Positions 57,745-64,000 of a stretch of 64,000 nucleotides of DNA are shown here, piece by piece. The notes under the pieces are model-generated. The model was given only the letters and a program-made list of their open reading frames with translations, ran no database searches and was not told where the DNA came from. Source of the DNA: an uncultured Gemmatimonadales bacterium. Its GTDB lineage: Bacteria; Gemmatimonadota; Gemmatimonadetes; Longimicrobiales; RSA9. The position numbers and the translations under genes were made by a program. Location: positions 448,001 to 512,000 of the forward strand of contig CAWAMW010000007.1 of NCBI GenBank assembly GCA_963783305.1, in the 5' to 3' direction. Positions within the stretch are counted from its first letter, which is position 1, and every line of letters begins with the position of its first letter.

Positions 57745-58964
57745 GCGCTTCCGGCGAGGCGTCTGACCTGCGCATCGCGCTCTGCACCCGCGAGTACCCG
57801 CCGGACGTGTACGGCGGCGCGGGCGTCCACGTGGAGCATCTGGCCCGCGCCATGAGCCCGTACGCCGACGTCGCTGTCCACGCCTTCGGAGCCCCTCGCG
57901 ACGATGCACTCGTCGCCGCCGCCTACCAGCCATGGAGCAAGCTCGAGGGGCCCCACCCGCATCGCGGCGCACTCCAGGCGTTCAGCGTCGACCTCGCCAT
58001 GGCGGCCGGTCTCGACGGGGCCGATCTCGTCCACTCCCATACGTGGTACACCAATCTGGCGGGCCACCTGGCGAAGCTGACCTACGGCATTCCCCACGTC
58101 ATGACCAGCCACAGCCTCGAGCCCCTGCGGCCCTGGAAGGCGGAGCAGCTCGGCGGGGGCTACAACCTGGCCCTCTGGGCGGAGCGGACGGCCGCGGAGT
58201 CGGCGGACGCCATCATCGCCGTCTCGGCCGGCATGCGCACCGACCTCCTGCGCTGCTATCCCTCGGTGGAGCCGGAGCGCGTTCACGTCATCCACAACGG
58301 CGTCGACCCCGATGCCTATCGACCTGACCCGGCGACGGATGTCCTCGAGCGCCTCGGCATCGATCCAGACATCCCGACCGCGGTGTTCGTGGGCCGAATC
58401 ACCCGTCAGAAGGGGCTTGCTCATCTGCTCGACGCCGCCGAGTACCTGCCGGACGGCACGCAGCTCGTCCTGTGCGCGGGCGCGCCGGATACGGACCAGA
58501 TCCGCCGGGAGGTCGCCGACCGGGTCCAGTCGATCCAGGACCGCGCGCGCCTGCGAGTCTTCTGGATTCCGGACATGCTGCCTCGCGAGCAGGTGGTTCA
58601 GATCCTCTCCCACGCCACGGTCTTCGTGTGTCCCTCCATCTACGAGCCGTTCGGGCTCGTGAATGTGGAGGCGATGGCGTGTGCCACGCCCGTCGTGGCG
58701 TCGGCCGTGGGGGGGATTCCGGAGATCGTAGTCGACGGTGAGACCGGATACCTGGTCGAGTTCGAGGCCGGCGGTGACGTCTTCAGATCACCTGCGGACC
58801 CGGCTCGCTTCGCCCGTGACCTCGCGGACCGCATCAACTCGCTGCTCCTGGACCCGGCGGCCGCCACCCGCATGGGTCAGGCGGCGCGGCAGCGGGTCGA
58901 GGCCCGGTTCGCGTGGCCCGCCATCGCGCAGCGCACGCTGGCGCTCTATCGATCCCTCGCCTGA
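57741..58964 (+). CDS. glgM: GT4 glycogen synthase / alpha-maltose-1-phosphate synthase (actinobacterial GlgA/GlgM type)
   Basis: [57 protein letters not shown]. Confidence 0.88.
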   Translation: MSASGEASDLRIALCTREYPPDVYGGAGVHVEHLARAMSPYADVAVHAFGAPRDDALVAAAYQPWSKLEGPHPHRGALQAFSVDLAMAAGLDGADLVHSHTWYTNLAGHLAKLTYGIPHVMTSHSLEPLRPWKAEQLGGGYNLALWAERTAAESADAIIAVSAGMRTDLLRCYPSVEPERVHVIHNGVDPDAYRPDPATDVLERLGIDPDIPTAVFVGRITRQKGLAHLLDAAEYLPDGTQLVLCAGAPDTDQIRREVADRVQSIQDRARLRVFWIPDMLPREQVVQILSHATVFVCPSIYEPFGLVNVEAMACATPVVASAVGGIPEIVVDGETGYLVEFEAGGDVFRSPADPARFARDLADRINSLLLDPAAATRMGQAARQRVEARFAWPAIAQRTLALYRSLA

Positions 58965-59044
58965 CCGTCCCATGCCCGTCGTGTGACGGGGCCTGGAATT
59001 TGTATTATCGTCCATCTCGTCCGTATCCCTGACGTGGAGCCTAT

Positions 59045-59596
59045 ATGTGGAAAAAAGAAGAGACGGAAAACTCGGATGCCGCGGAGTCACGGAGAGCGAC
59101 CCCTCGGTCGGCCTCCACCCCGGCCCCCGGTGGACGGGCAACGATCGGTCGGTCCATCACGGTGCGCGGTGAAGTCACCGGCGATGAAGACCTGGTGATC
59201 CAGGGCCGGGTCGAGGGCTCGGTGGACCTGAAGCAGCATTCGGTGGAGATCGGCCCCGAGGGCAAGGTGACGGCGGACGTATCGGGCCGGGTCGTCACGG
59301 TAGAGGGCCACGTGGACGGCAATCTCCGCGCTCACGAGCGAGTGGTCCTGCGGAAGACGGCGCATGTGGAGGGGGATATCACCTCGCCTCGCGTGACCCT
59401 GGAAGATGGGGCCTATTTCCGCGGCGGTGTCGAAATGACCGACAAGCAGCCGAGCGCGGGGTCCGGGGCAGGGAGCGGCAAGCTCTCGCGGGACATGGGG
59501 GCGGATCAGACGAAGGCTTCCAGCGCCACCGGCGAATCGACGACATCTGGCTCGTCCGCGGGCAAGGGCACGGCCGCGGCCCGCTCCAAAGAGTAG
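59045..59596 (+). CDS. Bactofilin (polymer-forming cytoskeletal protein)
   Basis: ATIGRSITVRGEVTGDEDLVIQGRVEG...LEDGAYFRG. Confidence 0.92.
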   Translation: MWKKEETENSDAAESRRATPRSASTPAPGGRATIGRSITVRGEVTGDEDLVIQGRVEGSVDLKQHSVEIGPEGKVTADVSGRVVTVEGHVDGNLRAHERVVLRKTAHVEGDITSPRVTLEDGAYFRGGVEMTDKQPSAGSGAGSGKLSRDMGADQTKASSATGESTTSGSSAGKGTAAARSKE

Positions 59597-59604
59597 TTTC
59601 CGCC

Positions 59605-60231
59605 GTGTCCTGGCTGCGCCGGGCGGAGTCTGACCCGCCGACGCCTCCGGCGCGTGAGCCGGAGGCGTCGGAGAGGGTCGAGACGGCCGCTCCCGGCATC
59701 GCCGCCATGCTCGAAAACGTCAGTCGGGACGGCAGTCACGCCATCCTCGATCTCGGACCCGGTACATCGTCGAGCCTCGACGTCTATGGCCGGTTCGCTC
59801 GACAGGTTCGGTTCGCGGACGTCCCCGGATACCTGACCTTGCGAGGCCGGGGCTCCGTTTCCGGGATGCATCAGGCCGTCCCGCCGCACCCCGGCCACCC
59901 CTATGACCTGGTTTTCGGTTGGGACGTCCTCGATCGCCTCTATCCGGAGTACCACGCTCCGCTGGTGACGCGATTGGCCGAGATCACCGCTCCGAACGCT
60001 CGCCTGCACGTGGTCGTGAGGGCGTCCGAGGCGGAAGCATTTCGACCGCTCACCTTCATGATCGCGCACAAAGACAGGATGTACTACGAGCCCAGCGGCC
60101 CCCCACAGCCGGCCAGGCAGCGGCTGCTGCCCGCGTACATCTCACAGCTTCTCATGCCGTTCCGGGTCGCACACGGATTCACGCTGAAAGGGCGCCTCCG
60201 GGAGTACGTGGCGGTGCGGACGGACGACTGA
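59605..60231 (+). CDS. Class I SAM-dependent methyltransferase-like protein
   Basis: ILDLGPG, YDLVFGWDVLDRL; 8 bp downstream of bactofilin. Confidence 0.6.
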   Translation: MSWLRRAESDPPTPPAREPEASERVETAAPGIAAMLENVSRDGSHAILDLGPGTSSSLDVYGRFARQVRFADVPGYLTLRGRGSVSGMHQAVPPHPGHPYDLVFGWDVLDRLYPEYHAPLVTRLAEITAPNARLHVVVRASEAEAFRPLTFMIAHKDRMYYEPSGPPQPARQRLLPAYISQLLMPFRVAHGFTLKGRLREYVAVRTDD

Positions 60232-61243
60232 ACCAGACCGCGCCCAGGACGCGCTCGCACTCGGCCACATTCCCGGAACCGCGGGAACCCATCTCATCCA
60301 GCCTCTGGAGAAAACGAGCGATGCCATGCAGGTGGTCAATGTGGTCCGGGGCGCTGTTCCCCGCATAGCCCTCGACCTCCAGCCCGCGACAGCGGACCTC
60401 GCTCAGCTGCTGCAGCCCCACCGGCCCCCAGCGGAGAACGGCCTTCCGGGATAATCCCAGCCGCGAGATGAGATAGTCCGTCGTCTCGGTCGTGCTCGCG
60501 AAGGTGCCAGGGAAGATCTCCGAGTGGGTGATGAGCAGACGCTTGTTGCCCTCCGCGGCCGCCCGGGCGAACCGGGAGATGGACTCGAGATTCGTGATAT
60601 CCAGCCGACCCCCCTCGTCCAGGACGGTACGCGGCGGGAGGTAGCCGGTATGGAGCCCGTCCAGCAGGAGGACCGCGTCCACGGCCCGGAAATGGGCCGG
60701 GCTCCGGAGGATCGCCCGGACGGCGCCGTGACCGGCGCTGAAGCCGGAGAGGGTGATCTCGCCCAGCGTGACGGGCCCACCGGCCGCCTCGCCCAGTGCC
60801 CGCCTGACCCCCGCGACCACCGAGTCGAACACCGCCGGGTCGTCGAAGGCGGCATCATACGCGCCGGAGCCGTGCCCCACGTTTACCGTCACGACCACGG
60901 AGCTCGCCGCCGACCGGCTGGCCGCGTCCTCCGGGAGGAACGCGGGTCCATGGAAATGGATCAGCAGCCGGGGTTCACCCATGAGATCGGTATCCCTCGG
61001 CACGAAGAGTCGCACCGGATCCGCGAGCCCCACGTCCACTGCGAAGCGCTCGCCCGGAAGCTCCTGTTCCGGCACGCGGTCATGGGCGCGTGTGGTCTCC
61101 ACCATGGGCAATGGGTTCTGGCCGGCGGGAGCAGGACCTTGCTGCCCCTGCGCCACGGACGGACCCAGAAACAGACCAGCCAGCGCCCACGACAGGAGTA
61201 ACGCCATCGCCAGGACACGCGAAAACACGGGCCGGGATGACAT
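60179..61243 (-). CDS. Secreted alpha/beta hydrolase-fold protein
   Basis: Signal peptide, IHFHG, GFSAG nucleophile elbow, LLDGLH, DH. Confidence 0.75.
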   Translation of the reverse strand: MSSRPVFSRVLAMALLLSWALAGLFLGPSVAQGQQGPAPAGQNPLPMVETTRAHDRVPEQELPGERFAVDVGLADPVRLFVPRDTDLMGEPRLLIHFHGPAFLPEDAASRSAASSVVVTVNVGHGSGAYDAAFDDPAVFDSVVAGVRRALGEAAGGPVTLGEITLSGFSAGHGAVRAILRSPAHFRAVDAVLLLDGLHTGYLPPRTVLDEGGRLDITNLESISRFARAAAEGNKRLLITHSEIFPGTFASTTETTDYLISRLGLSRKAVLRWGPVGLQQLSEVRCRGLEVEGYAGNSAPDHIDHLHGIARFLQRLDEMGSRGSGNVAECERVLGAVWFSRPSAPPRTPGGALSA

Positions 61244-63216
61244 CAGCCTGCGCCCGCGGGGCAGGCGCCCACGGCCGTGACCGCGGTGCCCGGAGCCCGG
61301 AGCACCCCGTACTCGGCCACGGCCCGGACCTCGCCCAGCATGTCCGATCGGTACCCGCGGCCCCAGAGAAAGACGAACCCGCTACCGGGCGGCCCACCGA
61401 AATGTCGGGCGAACGCGGCGGGCTGGCCGATCTCGTCGCGGGCGAGGATTGTGGCACCGCGCGCCTCCACCGGCACCATGGCCCCCAACCGCACCCGCTC
61501 CAGCCCCCACGCTCGACCCGCCGCCGTGGGCCGGGCCGCCTGGTCGCTGCCAATGCTGCCGGTGAAGTCGACGCCCGCCGCCGCCTCCGCCCGGCCGGCC
61601 TCCAGCGCCGTGGGCCGCCCGGTGGAATCCCGGACCAGGACCCGGGGGGGCAGCCCGAGCCAGACTACCTTGCCACCGGCCTCGAGGTACCGACGGACCA
61701 GCCCCGCGGCGCTCCCGGTGGGCGCGACGGCCTCGGGCAGGTGGTCCTGGGCGAACACGACCACGCTCGGCGCGCCGTCGACGATCCGGTCCCCCAGGAA
61801 TGCCTCGAGCTCCTCGGCGTCCAGCCGCGCGTAGCCCGCGTCCGTCAGGTCGTCCGCGAGCCGGTCGGCACCCGGACGGACCACGTGGTCGGCGAACGCG
61901 GTGTCGTGGAACACGGCCAGTCGGGGCGTGGCGTCGCCGGCGCGGAGGGCGTGGATGCGGCCGTGGTCGTCGCCCACCACCGCCAGGTCACCGGCCACCG
62001 CAGGCGACGACTGGATCATGGCGCCGGCAAAGTAGCGCCAGAGGGTGCGACCGGTCTCCGCGTCCAGTGCGTACAGCACGCCGTCCTCGGCGGGCACCAG
62101 CAGCACCTCTCCCACCAGCGACGGCGATCCCAGCACCCGCGTGCCGAGGTCGCGGCTCCACCGCCGCTCGCCCGTCGACGCGTCCAGCGCCTCTACCACG
62201 TGGGCGTCGGAGGTGCCGGTGTAGACCGCGTGGTCCCCCACGGCCACCGACGAAACGACCCAGGAGGGCGTGTACTCGGCCGCCCAGAGCCGCTCCCCCG
62301 TGGCCTCGTCGAGCGCGTACAGCCGCGCGTCCCGACCGCCGATGTAGACGCGGCCATGAGCTACCGCGGGAGAGGCCTGGACGGTGCGGCGGTCGTAGCC
62401 GTGGTCGGCCGACACCAGCGCCGCGCCTTCCGTCTCGTGCCGCCACGACACCCGTCCGGTCGCCAGATTCACCGCGTATACCACGCCGTCGGCTCCACCC
62501 ACAAAGGCTCGGCCACCGTGAACCGCGGGCGAGGAGCGGAGGCGGGTCCCGAGGGCGGTCTCCCCGAGCACCGCGCCATCGTCCAGCCGGAGCCGGCGCA
62601 CCACGCCGTCGCCGCCGGCCACCACCAGGACCCCCTCCACGAGCGTCGGCGAGCTGGTGAAGTAGTCCCATCCCTCGCGACCCCATGGCATGGGCAGGTC
62701 CGCGCCCGTCTCCACCGTCCAGGCCACCCGGCCGCTTTGGCGCTCGATGCCGTGAACGACGCCCGCCCGGTCCACCACAATCACCCGGTCGCCGCCCACC
62801 GCGGGTGAAGACGCGACGGGCGCGCCCGCCTCGTAGCCCCAGCGCACCGCTCCCGTCTCCAGATCGAGGGCGCGGACCACGCCGTCGCCGCTGCCCACGT
62901 ACACCACGCCGTTGGCGATCCCCGCCGAAGAGCGCACGGCCCCGCCCGTGCACGCCGTCCACGCCACCCGGCCCAGGGCGGAGAAGTCGCCCTTGTAGCG
63001 GCCCGCGTGACGAGGTCCGCCCCGGAACTGGGCGGTCTCAGCGATCTCAGCGGTCTCCGCGGAATCGCCAGGGCCGGCCGCGTCGTGGGAGATCAGCGTG
63101 GTCTGCGGCCCCGGCCCATCGGAGGCCGCGCAGGATGCGGTGAGCAGGAGGGCGGCAAAAGTCGAGATGGCTCTCGGCGAGCGCCGGACGAGTCGGAGCG
63201 ATCTTCTGTACGTCAT
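61243..63216 (-). CDS. PQQ-like beta-propeller repeat lipoprotein (BamB-like) with C-terminal alpha/beta domain
   Basis: Lipobox TASC; about 8 repeats of SSP..VYVG..DG.VYALD..TG...W. Confidence 0.85.
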   Translation of the reverse strand: MTYRRSLRLVRRSPRAISTFAALLLTASCAASDGPGPQTTLISHDAAGPGDSAETAEIAETAQFRGGPRHAGRYKGDFSALGRVAWTACTGGAVRSSAGIANGVVYVGSGDGVVRALDLETGAVRWGYEAGAPVASSPAVGGDRVIVVDRAGVVHGIERQSGRVAWTVETGADLPMPWGREGWDYFTSSPTLVEGVLVVAGGDGVVRRLRLDDGAVLGETALGTRLRSSPAVHGGRAFVGGADGVVYAVNLATGRVSWRHETEGAALVSADHGYDRRTVQASPAVAHGRVYIGGRDARLYALDEATGERLWAAEYTPSWVVSSVAVGDHAVYTGTSDAHVVEALDASTGERRWSRDLGTRVLGSPSLVGEVLLVPAEDGVLYALDAETGRTLWRYFAGAMIQSSPAVAGDLAVVGDDHGRIHALRAGDATPRLAVFHDTAFADHVVRPGADRLADDLTDAGYARLDAEELEAFLGDRIVDGAPSVVVFAQDHLPEAVAPTGSAAGLVRRYLEAGGKVVWLGLPPRVLVRDSTGRPTALEAGRAEAAAGVDFTGSIGSDQAARPTAAGRAWGLERVRLGAMVPVEARGATILARDEIGQPAAFARHFGGPPGSGFVFLWGRGYRSDMLGEVRAVAEYGVLRAPGTAVTAVGACPAGAG

Positions 63217-63545
63217 CTGTCACGCTTGGTCAGGAGCGATTCCGGAGACGGTCATCCGCCCCCGACCTCAACGTCGCATCCCTCCCGCGCGTCACGCCAA
63301 CGCGGTCGCTCGCTGCCCAGCGCGCCGAGCGCACGTTCTCCTGCCGCTCCGGTCCGGCACAAAGGGGCCGTTTACCGAACAAATTGCGGAGTAGTGCCGC
63401 TCGTTTTGGCTCCCGCCGCTACGGTAGTGTCTTCTCAAACCATTGGCGCCCAACAGAATCCACGAGTGACGGGCGGCGCCCCATGCGTGGGGCCGGCCGT
63501 TGCATGGTGCTCACCCGATCGGCCTACCACCCTCTGGAGCACCAC

Positions 63546-64000
63546 ATGGCCCTACCGTTTCGCCGTCCCCGCTTCCCACCGGAGCTGCGCGACCGGCTGC
63601 GGATGAAGACCGCGCTGGCGGGACATCAGGTAATCGAGGAGCACGTGCGCTCCGCCGTGGAAATGGTGGAGGAGGGGCTCGAGCACGCGCCGATCGAGCG
63701 CCTCCTGGCGGTGTACGCGCGCCTGCACCACATCGACGAGCAGGACGCGCGGAAGCTGCGCCAGCGCGTGCTCGCGGTTCTCAGCCAGACCGGGACCCCG
63801 GGGGGCTCCCTCCCCGAGCCCCGCTCCCCGTTCACGCGGCTGAGGCGCAGACTGCGCGGTCGGGCCAATCCGGAGTTGAGGGAATGGGTGGAACGTCATA
63901 CCGCCCGGGTCGAGCTGGCTATCGTGGATCTCCACGTGCGTCACGCGCTTGACGCCCTGACCCTGCTCGAGGACCACCTCACCGCCGATCATGCGGTCTC
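63546..64000 (+). CDS. Hypothetical helical protein, 3' truncated by window edge
   Basis: RBS ggag, ATG 63546, open frame to window end (MALPFRRPRFPPELRDRLRM...); internal echo HVRSAV/HVRHAL; not in the ORF track because it lacks a stop. Confidence 0.7.
   Translation, partial: MALPFRRPRFPPELRDRLRMKTALAGHQVIEEHVRSAVEMVEEGLEHAPIERLLAVYARLHHIDEQDARKLRQRVLAVLSQTGTPGGSLPEPRSPFTRLRRRLRGRANPELREWVERHTARVELAIVDLHVRHALDALTLLEDHLTADHAV

Noticed and set aside
63217..63545. ncRNA in the AT-richer divergent intergenic region
   Set aside because: No convincing long stem or known motif; most likely ordinary divergent promoters

Overview
GC-rich (roughly 70% by eye) bacterial chromosome segment. Gene content and protein style suggest Gemmatimonadota (inference, not verified). 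Bases 1-30.3 kb hold a large flagellar cluster: flgD'-flgE-fliLMN-fliO/P fusion-fliQR-flhBAFG-fliA-orf-flgFGAHIJNK-csrA-motAB-EAL/HDOD, an inserted hypothetical gene, a heavily frameshifted flagellin, a vapBC pair, a 1033-aa fliD, fliS-fliT-like-flgM and cheY-cheZ-like. At least five clean sigma28 promoters and CsrA-type hairpins can be read directly. Bases 30.4-53.4 kb are mostly housekeeping and envelope genes: class V aminotransferase, DUF411, Nramp-like transporter, PAS hybrid kinase, tRNA-Sec, yihY, e(P4) phosphatase, recX, murI, lpxH-like, deoC plus ALDH16, HEAT-cyclophilin, lptE, antiporter, rfaE2, rph, rdgB. Bases 53.4-64 kb carry a membrane-spanning SARP/BTAD-TPR regulator facing a tiny Cys-loop lipopeptide gene across a repeat-containing promoter (best candidate for an undescribed signalling system), an actinobacterial-type glgC-glgM pair, bactofilin and secreted proteins. 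Non-coding structure includes a two-arm hairpin repeat with loop-restricted variation, a 34-bp direct repeat bracketing the gene upstream of flagellin, and a 170-nt inverted-repeat element. Several single-base indels look like long-read consensus errors. All calls come from motif recognition; no searches were run.
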